From Mustelus asterias (taxonomy: Eukaryota), in NCBI RefSeq assembly GCF_964213995.1, contig NW_027590128.1, forward strand, positions 1,488,001 through 1,552,000: a DNA stretch of 64,000 nt, given 5' to 3'. Every line of letters starts with the position of its first letter. Within the stretch, counting starts at the first letter, position 1. Below the pieces are notes generated by a model that was not told the DNA's origin, did not search any database, and worked only from the letters and a program-made list of their open reading frames with translations. Shown piece after piece: positions 1 through 13,609 of this stretch. A program made the position numbers and the translations under genes.

Positions 1-62
1 TGAATCAGCATTGCAGCATTCCAAACCATGCCCCAACTCGGGAACACAATACTTGTCATTGA

Positions 63-113
63 TTTATTATTAGGGTGAATGCACTTTCCAACATTTAACC
101 CCTCCGCTGTGAC
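63..113 (-). other. Candidate short terminal exon after C-mu2 (GHSGGVKCWKVHSP*) with poly(A) signal
   Basis: tttcacag|GT acceptor in phase with the C-mu2 donor; 14 codons, then TAA TAA TAA overlapping AATAAA (68-63), followed by a GT-rich stretch. Confidence 0.4.
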
Positions 114-234
114 CTGTGAAACAGTCCAACACCAACTGTTTCTCCAAATCTTACCAGCCGTCTCAGGAAAAAAGCTGACATCAAGGCCGCCTCGCTCACT
201 ATGTTACTTCAAAATAGAAAGAAACACTCTTTCA

Positions 235-550
235 AGGGGAGGCAGTGGTATTGTCAATGGACTTGTAATCCAAGAGACCGAGGACAAGACTCTAATTGAA
301 GAGACACGGATTCGAATCTTACCACTGCAAATGGTGAAATTGGAATTCAATAAAAATCTATAATTAAAAGTCAAATGATCATCATGAAGCCGTTGTTGTG
401 AAAGCCCACCTGGTTCACGAATGCCCTTAAAAAAGTAAATCTGCTGTCTTTATCTGGCCTGGCATGCATGTGACTCCAGATCCACAGCAATGTGGTTGAC
501 ACTTAAGTGACCTCAGGGATGGGAAATAAATGCACATCTCATGAAGGAAG
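235..550 (+). mobile_element. tRNA-derived SINE, old family
   Basis: A/B-box-like head (GGCAGTGGTATTG...GGATTCGAATCTT), body CTGGTTCAC..ATGCCCTT..GACTCCAGA..AATGTGGTTGAC, tail GGGATGGG.AATAAATGC. Decayed minus-strand relatives near 33310-33600 and 49590-49750. Confidence 0.65.
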
Positions 551-713
551 AACAGAAATTGCTGTTGTGATGAAATTCTGAATGGGGCAATAATGCAGCA
601 AACCACATGACAGTAAATTAGAAGTTGTTCTGTGCTTTGTACTAACTTTAATAGATCCCTAATTCCGATTAACATCGGAATGGTATATTTTATCCTCGGT
701 TTGAGTCTCTTAC

Positions 714-1025
714 CCAGAGATCCGCTGATGTTCTGACTCTGAGTGAATTCTTCATGAGTGACCTGGCAGGTATAGACCGCTTTGCTGATCCATTCCTGAG
801 CGGAGACTGTCAGCCGACTGCTGGCCGAGAAGTTCCCATTCACTTGACAGGCGGGAGAGGTGACAATTCCTGAATCCATGGGTTGTCCATTCTTCAGCCA
901 CTTCACCGTCATTGACTTTGGCCGGAAATCGATGATTGAACAGACGATGGTTGCAAATTTTCTGCTGGTGATTTCTTCACTGGAACTCACGGTGAGGATA
1001 ACGGTTGGGGTGATAACGATTGGGC
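714..1025 (-). CDS. IgM heavy-chain constant exon C-mu2 (open, but downstream of the broken C-mu1)
   Basis: Acceptor gttgaag|GC, donor CTGG|gtaag, 312 bp. C1-set Ig domain: [23 protein letters not shown]...SSRLTV...EW...YTCQVTH. Confidence 0.9.
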
Positions 1026-1129
1026 CTTCAACAAACAAATGTTCAGACGTTACTTGAAGATTCAATTGACATCAATTAAAATTAGTTCTTTTATTTTAGC
1101 AAAATAGCTGCCGATTTGAGAATTATATC

Positions 1130-1860
1130 CATGGTTTGGTTGAATTGGCAGGGAAATGGCGAATGGAATTCAACCGTCAAAAGTGCCACACAATGCATTT
1201 GGGGAGGGAAAACAAAGCAAGGCAATAAACTGGAATGTTAAGAGGGATTGAGGAAATGCAAGACCTTAGAGTGCACGTCCACAGGTCCTTGTAGATGGTA
1301 GGGTAGCTGGAAAAGTTGATCAAGAAAGCATATCGGATTAGTTTCTCTGTTATGTGAGGTATTGAATACAAAAACAGTGATGCAATGATGGAGCTGTATA
1401 AAACGCTAGTTAGGCCACGTTTGGAGTTTGCTGTACAGTTCTGGTCACCACGTTGCAGGAATGACGTAATGACTCTGGAGAGAGATGAGGTTAACAAGGA
1501 TGTTGCCAGGGCCTGAAAATTGCAGCCTTGAGGCGAGATTGGACAGGCAGGGATTTTTCTCCTTGGAAAAAGAAGAGGCTGAGGCGTGACGTAATTGTGG
1601 TTCACAAAATTATAAGGGATGTAGGCAGAAATAATTCATTCCCTAAGTGGAGGGCTCAATTACCAGGGAGCATGCTCATTTAAAAGGTCATTACGTCTGC
1701 ATCTCAGGTGCTTTAACCTGCATGGCTACGGCGCAAGGGCTGGAAAATGGGCTCAAAATGTCAGGCTAGTTTATTCGTTCTCCCTTTTCGCCAGAACAGA
1801 CATGATGGGCTAAATGGCCTCATTCTGCACAGTAACAGTCCTGTTGTTCTTTGGTTCTGA
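1130..1860 (+). mobile_element. CR1 LINE 3' fragment in the C-mu1/C-mu2 intron
   Basis: Decayed ORF2 C-terminus (W.MEFN..KC..MHLG; LYKTLVRP.LE..VQFWSP) and 3' UTR. Confidence 0.85.
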
Positions 1861-1999
1861 ACAACTTTTCAGTCAGTAGACACTGACCTGGATTTTGCAT
1901 AATTCAATTTTTTTCAGTGTACTACAAATCAGTTATAACTAAAGCCTTATACAGTTCAATCACAGCGTTCCTGTCTTGCCCAAGTTCCACAACACTTAC

Positions 2000-2292
2000 A
2001 TTGCATTCCAATGCTCTTGACGGAGTCGCTGTGTCGAACCTCACAGTCGATTTTGCTGCACTCTCCCTTTGACTGGGTGATGGTTAACTGGCTGCTCAGG
2101 TTCCCTTCGTGTTTCTCACTGATGGATAAGTCTTAAATCCAGTGGTGATCAGTTGTCCATTTTTCTTCCAGGTGAGACTGGTGATTTCTGGAGAGTAGTC
2201 CATCGCCAAACAGCCATAGGTGACGGAGCCGCCGGTGTTGTGTTGCTGACAGGAGGAGATCAGGCTGTACAGAGTGGGAGGAGACGGTGTCA
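2000..2292 (-). pseudogene. IgM heavy-chain constant exon C-mu1, frameshifted
   Basis: Acceptor ttttttcccag|TG and donor CAAT|gtaagt. The exon reads [44 protein letters not shown] and continues in another frame as [23 protein letters not shown]. It is 293 bp; restoring 7 bp (KGT-YT-LSS) gives a 300-bp phase 1-1 exon. Confidence 0.9.
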
Positions 2293-4683
2293 CTGGGAAA
2301 AAATAGCCGAATGAAAATGTTAACCTCTTACTTGCGTTTATTAATTAATCAAACATGTTTATACAATTTATTTTTCTATCAGATTTAGCGCTTGGTGCTA
2401 AAGGGATCAAGGGATGGGTAGTAGGCGGGATCAGGATATTGACGAGCCATGATCAAAGTGAATGGCGGAGCAGGCTCAAAGTGCCGAATGGCCTACTCCT
2501 GCTTCGATTTTCTATGTTTTTACATCACGATTTGACTAGAATTATGAACTTATCCTCATATGTCCCTATTAAAACATTTGTGTCCAGAACATTGTGAACA
2601 TCCTTTTACTCTGGTTGTCTTTGATCCTCAAGTCACTTTCTGTTTGTTTTTAACCATGTTCTGTTTCATTAATAAACTTTCATCAGTAAAAATATTTGAT
2701 TGTTGTGGACTTTTCCTGATGAGATTGATGCACTTTAGGGAAAGTGGGTGAGAGGGGTTGGCAGGCTCTTTAACAGAAAGTGAGTCCCTCTAAGGTAATT
2801 GGCAAAGGAGCCAGAGGGGGAGATGAGATTTTATTTTTGACACAGCGATGTTAGAAAATGGGGATCAGGGAATCAATTAACCCTTTCTCCCCTTTTCCCA
2901 AACTCTGAAATGATTCACGGTGATAACCCTTATTGGTGACAGTGGTTAGATTTTATTCAGTATCAATAAGAGCTGACACAGTCTAATGTCTGAGCAGTCG
3001 TATCAAAGTGCAGCAGCATTACCATTACACTTTGGGTAGAAGCAGCATCTCCACGGAAATGCTCCCTGCTCTGCCCCAGATGCCATGGCACCAGTCAATG
3101 CAATATGTAAAACCTCGACTAATCTCTGTGCTCGGGGAATCCCTTCTTGTACTTCGTTACATCACAAAATCTATGGAGACTGATTTAACCCAATCATTGT
3201 CCAGCTAACATAACAAAACCTGTCACTGAACCATCTGTATCTGCCCAAGCCACATCAAACTCTAAAACCAATTGTCTTCCCATGCTCCGTCCCTGGTACA
3301 GGGAGTCAGCATTCCCATGCCAAGCAGTGAAAACATGGTGGCCTTCACACCCAGGTGTCATCTAGGACTCAAGGCCCTCTTGTTTTCTCTGTCCTCTGGG
3401 AGCTGTTTATCTCCCTGTTCCCACACAGCAAGTTGTCTGTTCTCAGCTCTGCTGGATTTCTGCTGAAGTTTGGCCCCTTTTACACCTTTCGGATCAGTAA
3501 ACATTTGGTCAATGACCCAAACCACAATTTCCCATCCTGTCACCTGTCAACCATCCTTACCCCGAGTGTAATCACAACAGGAATAAAAACAGGAGAAGTG
3601 TAACAATCAAATTCAAACTGAATGCACAGCCAGTCATAGAATTTAATTTAATGTTCACTAATTCGCAAGAAAACCCAAAGTTGGGGGTCCCCCAGGATTC
3701 TTACAGTCCATACCTTGAGGGGGGAGGAGAACTCTCTCTCTGATCCTCACTCAATTTCACTGTTATTTTCCAGTTCTCTTCTGGTCCCACCTGGGGTAAC
3801 ATCGACTCGATCTTGTCCTCTCCTGAAGGAGCACCGTGAGTTTTAGGTTACTCGTACATAAGGACAGATGCTTCAAGCAACAGATCAAGCATGGATGTAA
3901 AAGATTCTCTAGCTCTCTCTTTACCCGTATCCAAATTGTGGACAGTTCTTATTCAGTATTATTTCTCCCAAGCGGTTAATTGTCCCAATCTATAATATTA
4001 TTCATTTTACTTTAATTTCACTCACTTTCTGTCCATGTGTATTGTGTTTAATTGGACCCTGATTGTTTTGAACTCAGTTTCTCTCTGGAGTGTGTTTCAA
4101 TGCCTTGATGATGTCCCAATGTTGTCTCAATCCCCTGGCCACATGAACCATGTCATCTCCTGCTGTGTCTCAAGTAGCTGTGTGTGTTTGGGACCCGCTC
4201 TTCACTCCATCTCACCATGAATTTAGGCTTGCTATTTTTCACATGTAACAAATCACATCTGTACACTCACTCCGGTATCCCAAAATCATGTCACACATTC
4301 TTAACTCTCAGATGCGCGGATGAAAAGATCAAAGTGAGTGTCTGTCTTTCTTATCTCCCCCTGTTATGGTGCTGATGTTTCATGCAGTGACCAGGCTTTC
4401 AAATGTAGATTTCTTTAAAACAAAGTTCATGAACAAAGATGTAAATATCTCCCAGAGAAAGTGATCAATTTATTCATCCCAGCTACACATTCCAGCCTTT
4501 CACTAGACTGTAGGTGGATACCAGATTGATATATTTTATTCAACCACACCCAAGGTGAGTTATTCCAATTTCTTTATTGTCCAGGACAATATATTCACAA
4601 TATCTTTAAAACAGAAATTAAACATTCACATTTGATTTCAGGTATTAACATATTCTGTTAGTTTGTTCTTTATTGTCGATGTC

Positions 4684-4985
4684 AGGCTGGGGTTGTTCCC
4701 CTTGGAGCAAAGGAGGTTGAGGGGAGATTTGATAGAGGTGGACAAGATTCTGACAGGTTTAGATAAGGTGGACAAAGAAAAGCTATTCCCATTAGCTGAT
4801 TGGACAAGGATGAGGGGGTCACAGATTTAAGGTTTTGGGTCAGGGATGCGGGGCGGGGGGGGGGGGAATGTGAGGAAGAATATTTTGATGCAGTGAATGG
4901 TAATGACCTGGAACTCGCTGCCTCCGAGGGTGGAGGAAGTGGAGACAATAAACAATTACAAAGGAAATTGGATGGGCATTTGGGG
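4684..4985 (+). mobile_element. CR1 LINE 3' fragment
   Basis: Decayed LEQRRLRGDLIEV.KI segment. Confidence 0.7.
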
Positions 4986-5009
4986 GGTTTTGGACAAAAA
5001 TGCTGACTA

Positions 5010-5900
<891 letters not shown>

Positions 5901-6440
5901 TGGAGAGAGAAACAGTGTTAATGTTTCACACTACTGGATTGGGAATCAATCTTGTGAACCTCCTCTGAACTGCTTCCAATGCATTTATGTCCTTTGTTTA
6001 ATAGGAGACAAAATTGTACCCTGTGTTCAAGGTGCAATCTCAGCAACGCCCTGCACAACTGGAGCATAACATCTTTACTTCTATGTTCAATTTCTCTCAG
6101 AATAAAGGATAACATTCCATTTATAAGAACTTTGATTTGTTTGAACTAAGATTTATGGGGGTTCTCTCGTTTACAATAACTTCCCTCATCGTAAATCACA
6201 CCAGGTTTGTGACTTAACCATATGGCAAGAAAGGATATTTTAAACGGTGAATTCAGAAAGTTTATGAACCATTAAAAATGTAACAAGTCAGAAAGATAAA
6301 AAAGCAAAGTATGGATCTACAGCAAAAGGAGGAAAGCTGAACTTTAACTTCTCTCCATCCTTCTCAAACCAGGACATGAAGTGATGGCTCTGAAAACGTG
6401 GATAACTTGTAAAACTAACAGCTCCCAACGTCTCTCTGCA

Positions 6441-6725
6441 GGGCACATTGTGAGGCACTGCTGCCTCACAGCAGAGGGTTCGAGTCCCGGCTTGGGTCAC
6501 TGGCTGTGCAGAGTTCGCCCATTCTCCCCGTGTCTGTGCAGGTTTCCTCCGGGTGCTCCGGTTTCCTCCCACAGTCTGAAAGACGTGCTGGTTGGGTACA
6601 TTGGCCATGCTAAATTCTCCCTCAGTTTACCCAAACAGGCGCCAGAGTGTGGCGACTGGGGGATTTTCAGAGTAACTTCATTGCAATGTTAATGTAAGTC
6701 TATGTGTGACACTAATAAACAAACT
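6441..6725 (+). mobile_element. V-SINE (HE1-like), tail type A
   Basis: tRNA-like head GCACTGCTGCCTCACAG..GGTTCGAGTCCC, V core GGTTTCCTCCGGGTGCTCCGGTTTCCTCCCACAGTC, tail ..GTAACTTCATTGCA.TGTTAATGTAAG..AATAAA. Confidence 0.9.
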
Positions 6726-7381
6726 ATAAAAAAAGTTAACTTTAAAAAACTTTTACCAAATTGGTTTCTCGAATCCCTTTTTTATACTTTAAAAATGTAG
6801 AAAGCCCAGCTCAGCCAATTGTTAGGAATTAGCCATAACTTGTCAATAATGAAATTGATTTGGTTTTTAGCTAATTGCACACATTGTCTTAATTTTAAGA
6901 CATATCTTTCTCTCAAACGATATCTCTTAGCTTGGGGTAGCCTGATAATTGGGTCGACCGATAATTGGTTCACATCAGTCACTCAATGTTGAGACATCTT
7001 GAACAGGAGCCGATTCATTCCCTCCAGTCAAGGTTAACAAGTCCTTTCATCTTTTTTTATTCTGTCAGCATGGGAAGGGAACATCTGATAATTCCCACAG
7101 CATTTTAACCATTCTTAATGTGTTTATAATTCGAAAAGTTATAAACTTGTGTTCAAATTTACATTTCCAGCCTTTATAACATATGTATTAATGAATCATT
7201 TATTATTTAATTGTCTCACAATTAAGGCTGTCTATTTAACTAACCTGGCTGCTTTCCAATTGTGGGAACTTCACGCCACAAAAATGGTAGTTAGAGTCAT
7301 AGAGGTTTACAGCATGGAAACAGGCCCTTCGGCCCAACTTGTCCATGCCGCCCAGTTTTTACCACTAAACTAGTCCTAATT

Positions 7382-7545
7382 GCCCTGTAATATTACTCAT
7401 GATCTGTGCTTCCAAGCATTTTGAATGTGCATCTACAACAAGCAAACACATGTGATTCATGAAAGGCCCCCCAAAGTCCACATGTAGTCTGGACCACGGC
7501 CTATTAGGCCACTCCCGAGGATGAAGTGGTAATGTACCCAGTGTG
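7382..7545 (-). mobile_element. Ty3/Gypsy integrase fragment
   Basis: PLHPREWPNRPWSRLHVDFGGPFMNHMCLLVVDAHSK, the integrase core around the first catalytic Asp. Confidence 0.85.
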
Positions 7546-10500
7546 TTGGGGGGGAATGAACTCAGAAGAATCATTCAACACTTAAACCTGATTCAATCGA
7601 CAGACAGTTTATTGAGTTACGCCAGCGGGGAGAAGCCACAGGGGCTGACCATGTGTAACTCCACCCAATAAAGAAAATCATCAATTCTTATCCAGTTACT
7701 CAGCCCATCCCAGCTGGACACAATCCAATCAGAATGGTTATAGATTACACACATTACAGAAAGGTCCAATGAAATTAGTATCTGGGCATCATGGGGCTTT
7801 GTGATCATCTCATGGACAGATAGGTGCCCCCATCATGATGTTTTCCAGACACCCTTATCTACCATCCTTGGGGTTTTCTTTGTACATAGACTGAGTTTGA
7901 AAAGGGGTGGATTAAAAGTTCTCAAATGGATGTCAGCACCCTTCCTTTGTTCCAACCTAACGACCACACGGTCTGGGAATCATTTCTATTTAATAATCTC
8001 TCCTTTTAAACTCTTTTCTTCAGTATCCAATTCCAGAATTTTCCTTTTCATTGTGTTACTTGTGTCAGGAATAAATCTTTGGACCTGACAGGAAGTTTAA
8101 CCCAAGATCAATCCAACACAGGATTGGTCAGAATCATTTCATATGTACCAAATTTTAAATAACCATTACAAATTAAAACTCTCATTCTCACATGTGAGTT
8201 TTATCCGGATTAAAATTCCTGCATGTTTAGTAAAATATCCTGGAATCCTGTCTCTGTCCAGTAAATATGGCTCCAGGTTCATAACTTTTGAAAAAAAAAG
8301 TTTTATTAATTACACTTCCTTTTTAAAAATCTGTTTGATTTAAATCACAGACAAAAAACCTCAAAGCTTAAAGCTTTCAACCCACAAATATCGTCCATAC
8401 ACAAACAGAGTAACTTAGCATGTGCTTTACAATAACAATAACCAAAATTAATTACTTAAGCATTCTTCTGATGCTGTTTTTAAACTCCCAAAAATGCCTT
8501 TAATTAAAGACTCAAGGTAAGGTTAATTCTCCAGAAAGATAAACCTTAACAAATGTAGCCCAAAACAATGATAAAACACATCGGCAAACATCCACATAAA
8601 ACAAACAAAACACACAGGTTCTCACAACTTGTAAATTTCAATCAATGAATCATCAGCATTCTCTCTCGCAGCTGTAGCTTCTTAAAGCGACAGAGCACTG
8701 CAAGCTCACAACTCCTTGATTAAAATAAGATGCAAGATCCTTCATTGTAACTGAACCTTTTTTAAGCCAACTTCCAAGGCCTGATTTTATCGGCAACATC
8801 TAATCTTTGTTGATTTAAAATCCCAGTTGCAAACTCTTTGTTCTTTACCTGGGGTTGAGGTGACAACAATATAAAATTCTCAGTTATTTCAAATTCCTCC
8901 AGGCTATGCTTAAAATTTCCACATTTAACTGGCTCCAATAAATCCACAATTATAAACTAAAATAGACACGAGTTTCTGGGCGATTTAAAAACAAGTTAAA
9001 AACAAGATGCCATAGGAAAGATAGAACAGGAGGAAAGAAAGGGGGGTGGAGTTGCACTTTTGATTCAGGAAAACATCACGGCAGTACTGAGAGGGGATAT
9101 ATCCGAGGGTTCGCCTACTGAGTCAAAAGGGGTGAACTGAGAAATAAGAAGGGGGAAATCACTTTGATAGGGTTGTACTATAGGCACCCAAATAGTCGGT
9201 GGAAAATTGAGGAGCAAATATGTAAGGAGATTACAGATAGTTCCAAGAAAAATAGGGTGGTAATAGTCGGGGATTTTAACTTTCCCAACATTGACTGGGA
9301 CAGACATAGTATTCGAGGCTTGGATGGGGAGAAATTTGTTGAGTGTATTCAGGAGGAATTTCTTATTCAGTATGTGGATGGCCCGACTAGAGAGGGGCAA
9401 AACCTGACCTCCTCTTGGGAAATAAGGAAGGGCAGGTGACAAAAGTGTGAGTGAGGGATCACTTTGGGACCAGTGACCATAATTCCATTAGTTTTAAGAT
9501 ACCTATGGAAAATGATTGGTCAGGTCCAAAAGTTAAAATTCTAAATTAGGGCAAGGCCAATGTTGATGGTATCAGGCAGGAACTTTCAACAGTTAACTGG
9601 GGGAGTCTGTGGGAAGGCAAAGGGACGTCTGGTAAGTGGGAGGCTTTCAAAAGTGTTTTAACCAGGGTTCAGGGTAAGCACATTGCTCTTAGAGTGAGGG
9701 GCAAGGCTGGTAGAAGTCGGGAACCCTGGATGACTCAAGATATTGAGGCCCTGGTCAAGAAGAAGAAGGAGGCACATGACATGCATAGGCAGCTGGGATC
9801 AAGTGGATTCCTTGAAGAGTATAGAGGGTGTCGGAGTAGAGTTAAGAGAGAAATCAGGAGGGCAAAAAGGGGACACGAGATTGTTTTGGCAGATGAGGCA
9901 AAGGAGAATCCAAAGAGGTTCTACAAATACATAAAGGGCAAAAGAGCAACTAGGGAGAGAGTAGGACCTCTTAAGGATCAACAAGGTCATCTATGTGTGG
10001 GTCCACAAGAGATGGGTGAGATCCTAAATGAATATTTCTCATCAGTATTCACTGTTCAGAAAGGCATGGATGTTAAGGAACTTGGGGAAATAGTGATGTC
10101 TTGAGGAATGTACTTACAACAGAGAAGGAGGTGCTGGAAGTCTTAAAGTGCATCAAGGTAGATAAATCCCCGGGACCTGATGAAGTGTATCCCAGGATAC
10201 TGTGGGAGGCTCGGGAGGAAATTGCAAGTCCCCGAGCAGAGATATTTGAATCATCGATAGTCACAGGTGAGGTGCCTGAAGATTGGCAAGTGGCAAATGT
10301 TGTGCCTTTGTTTAAGGAAGGCTGTCAGGGGTAAGTTTTTCACTCAGAGGGTGGTGGGTGAGTGGGATCGGCTGCCGTCAGTGGTGGTGGAGGCAAACTC
10401 GATAGGGTCTTTTAAGAGACTTCTGGATGAGCACATGAGATTTAATAGGATTGAGGGTTATAGGTAAGCCTACATATAAGCCTAGGTAGGTAGGGACATG

Positions 10501-10900
10501 ACCGGCGTAACTTGTGGGCCGAAGGGCCTGTTTGTGCTGTATTTTTTCTATGTTCTATGAAAAGCCTGGGAACTACAGGCTGGTGAGCCTCACATCTATA
10601 GTGGGTAAGTTGTTAGAAGGTATTTTGAGACACAGGATCTACAGGCATTTAGAGACACAAGGATTGATTAGGGACAGTCAGCATGGCTTTGTGAGTGGAA
10701 AATCATGTCTCACAAATTTGGTTGAGTTTTTTGAAGGGGTAACCAAGAAGGTCGATAAGGGAAGTGCAGGTGATGCTGTCTACATGGACTTTAGCAAGAC
10801 CTTTGACAAGGTACCATATGGTAGGTTGTTGCATAAGGTTAAATCTCATGGGATCCAGGGTGAGGTAGCCAAATGGATACAAAATTGGCTTGATGACAGA

Positions 10901-11414
10901 ATGTGGAGATGCCGGCGTTGGACTGGGGTAAGCACAGTAAGAAGTCTCACAACACCAGGTTAAAGTCCAACAGGTTTATTTGGTAGCAAATACCATAAGC
11001 TTTCGGAGCACAGCTCCTTCGTCAGATGGAGTGGATATCTGTTCTCCAACAGTGCACAGAGACACAGAAATCAAGTTACAGAATAGTAATTAGAATGTAA
11101 ATCTCTACAGCCAGCCAGGTCTTCAAGGTACAGATAATGTGGGTGGAGGGAACATTAAACACAGGTTAAAGAGATGTGTATTGTCTCCAGACAGAACAGC
11201 TCGTAAGATTCTGCAAGATCAGGGGGAAAGCTGTGGGGGTTACTGATAATGTGACATAAATCCAACATCCCGGTTTAGGCCGTCCTCATGTGTGCGGAAC
11301 TTGGCTATCAGTTTCTGCTCAGCGACTCTGCGCTGTCATGTGTCGTGAAGGCCGCCTTGGAGAACGCTTACCTGAAGATCCAAGGCTGAATGCCCGTGAC
11401 TGCTGAAGTGCTCA
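10901..11414 (-). mobile_element. Penelope-like element 3' end plus pseudo-LTR
   Basis: Minus strand encodes EHFSSHGHS..LQVSVLQGG..RRVAEQKLIAKFRTHEDGLNRDVGFMSHY (C-terminus after the GIY-YIG domain), followed by the pLTR. Confidence 0.85.
10993..11029 (-). ncRNA. Minimal type I hammerhead ribozyme motif in Penelope pLTR
   Basis: CCAU-CUGACGA-A-GGAGC-ugu-GCUCC-GAAA-GC-UU-AUGG. Confidence 0.75.
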
Positions 11415-12892
11415 TGTAGGTTGTAGAAAGTTTTTTTCAAACTGGAGGCCTGTGACCAGTGGTATGTCTCAGGGAACACTGCTGGGTCCACTGTTATTTA
11501 TATATTATATGATTTAGATATATATATATTGTTGGATATTGGATATATGTTATATGACATGAATATATTAATGATTTGGATTGGATTGTAGGAGGCATGG
11601 TTAGTAAGTTTTCAGATGACACCAAGATTGGTGGCATAGTGGACAGTAAAGAAGGTTATCTCCAATTGCAACAGGATCTTGATCAGTTGGGCCAGTGGCC
11701 TGACGAATGGCAGATGGAGTTTAATTTAGCTAAATGCGAGGTGATGCATTTTGGTTGATCGAACTAGGGCAGGACTTAGTCAGTTAATGGTTGGGCGTTG
11801 GGGAGAGTTAAAGAACAAAGAGATCTAGGGGTACAGGTCCATAGCTCCTTGAAAGTGGAGTCACAGGTGGACAGAGTGGTGAAGAAGGCATTCGGCATGC
11901 TTGGTTTCATTGGTCAGAACATTGAATACAGGAGTTGGGACGCCTTGTTGAAGTTGTACAAGACATTGGTAAGGCCACATGTGGAATACTGTGTACAGTT
12001 CTGGTCACTCTATTATAGAAAGGATATTATTAAACTAGAAGGAGTGCAGAAAAGATTTACTAGGATGCTACAGGGACTTGATGGTTTGAGTTATAAGGCT
12101 GGATAGACTGGGACATTTTTCCCTGGAGCGTAAGAGGCTTAGGGATGACCTTCGAGAGGTCGATAAAATAATGAGGGGCACAGGTCAGCTAGATAGTCAA
12201 TATCTTTTCCCAAAGGTAGGGGGGCTTTAAAGTGAGAGGGGAGAGATACAAAAGGGTCCAGAGAGACATTTCTTTCAAACAGAGGGTGGTGAGTGTCTGG
12301 AAGAAGCTGCCAGAGGTAATAGTAGAGGCGGGTACAATTTTAAAAAGTATTTGGACAGTTACATGGGTAAGATGGGTGTAGAGGGATATGGGAAATTGGG
12401 ACTAGCTTAGGGGTTGAAATTGGGACTAGCTTAGGGGTTAAAAAAGGGGCGGCATGGACAAGTTGGGCCAAAGGGCCTGTTTCCATGCTGTAAACCTCTA
12501 TGACTAAATCAACTGTCTGCTGAAAGGGTTAACTTTTCTACAGAACCTAAAGGGGTGGGGAGTGAGCAGAAAACACTTGGCACACAGTTACGTCACTTTA
12601 CGTAATTTTAAAAAACTTCTCGAACAACAAAACAAAGTTGATTTTAAACTTCATCTATTAATTCTTTTGTTCTCTTCCTCAACCTAATTATTTTTATTTG
12701 ATCAGTTTTTGTTAGGGATTGGTAACTTCTGTTCTTTATAAACTGGTTCACTCATTTTGTTAATTCTACATGGGCTCGGAGAATCAGAACCCAGACTTTA
12801 TCATCCTTATCCTTTTTCTCCCTTTGCCACCACTCCCTCTGTTTTGCGGGAGGGTCGTGGGGATTCCAATCAGAACTAATCATTTTATCATA

Positions 12893-13068
12893 AAAGTGAA
12901 ATACTGCGGATGCTGGAATCTGAAACAAAAACAGAAAATGCTGGAAAATCTCAGCAGGTCTGACAGTATCTGTGGAGAGAGAATAGAGCCAATGTTTCGA
13001 GTCCAGATGTCCCTTCATAACAGCTCTTATGAAGTGTCATCCAGACTCGAAACGTTGGCTCTATTCTC
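12893..13068. mobile_element. Second Penelope pLTR family, inverted pair, decayed hammerhead cores
   Basis: AGAGAATAGAGCCAATGTTTCGAGTC...GACTCGAAACGTTGGCTCTATTCTCT palindrome. Relatives at 5850-5925, 18425-18500, 27487-27586, 31050-31096, 49225-49295, 49365-49460. Confidence 0.65.
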
Positions 13069-13609
13069 TAATCATTTTATCGATACGTTTCTTGTTCTTA
13101 GTTTGAGGTTTAAAGTGAGAGGGGAGAGATACAAAAGAGTCCAGAGGGGCAATTTTTCACTCAGGTGGTGGTGAGTGTCTGGAATGAGTTGCCAGAGGCA
13201 GTGGTAGAGGCGGGTACAATACTGTCTTTTAAAAAGCATTTAGACAGTTACATGGTAAGACGGGTATCGAGGGATTTGGGCCAAATATGGGCAATTGGGA
13301 CTAGCTTAGTGGTAAAAACTGAGCGGCATGGACAAGTTGGGCCGAAGGGCCTGTTTCCATGTTGTAAACCTCTATACCTCTATAACTTCCTAACATCCTG
13401 TCACTCTGTGATCCGTGTGAAATCTGAAACCAGGTATTCAACAAGACTCAAAGAGCATCAGCCCACTGGAGGCAAAGTTGTGAGACCGGCCAGTCCAGCA
13501 GAAAGAAACCCTCTGACCCTCCCCATTGACCAACTGTGAGAATGAACAAAATGCAGTCCTGGATGTAATTGAGAGCAGAAACAATAACAGCAGAATCCCA
13601 CCCCTGGAA

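Larger units (their letters stand above)
9012..12505 (+). mobile_element. CR1 LINE, near full ORF2, decayed, with nested CR1 3' piece (10328-10558) and Penelope fragment
   Basis: ORF fragments GDFNFPNIDW, KSPGPD, PGNYRLVSLTS, QHGF, DFSKTFDKV, FSDDTK, EYCVQFWS. Confidence 0.95.

Noticed and set aside
427-1065. 212-aa ORF as a standalone Ig protein
   Set aside because: Only 714-1025 is exon; the rest is intron and SINE read-through from a non-ATG start.
6120-9010. Possible ERV gag or leader remnant (also LTR-like 3590-4660)
   Set aside because: AT-rich with short ORFs, and I could not identify a diagnostic motif, PBS or paired LTRs; needs a repeat-library search.
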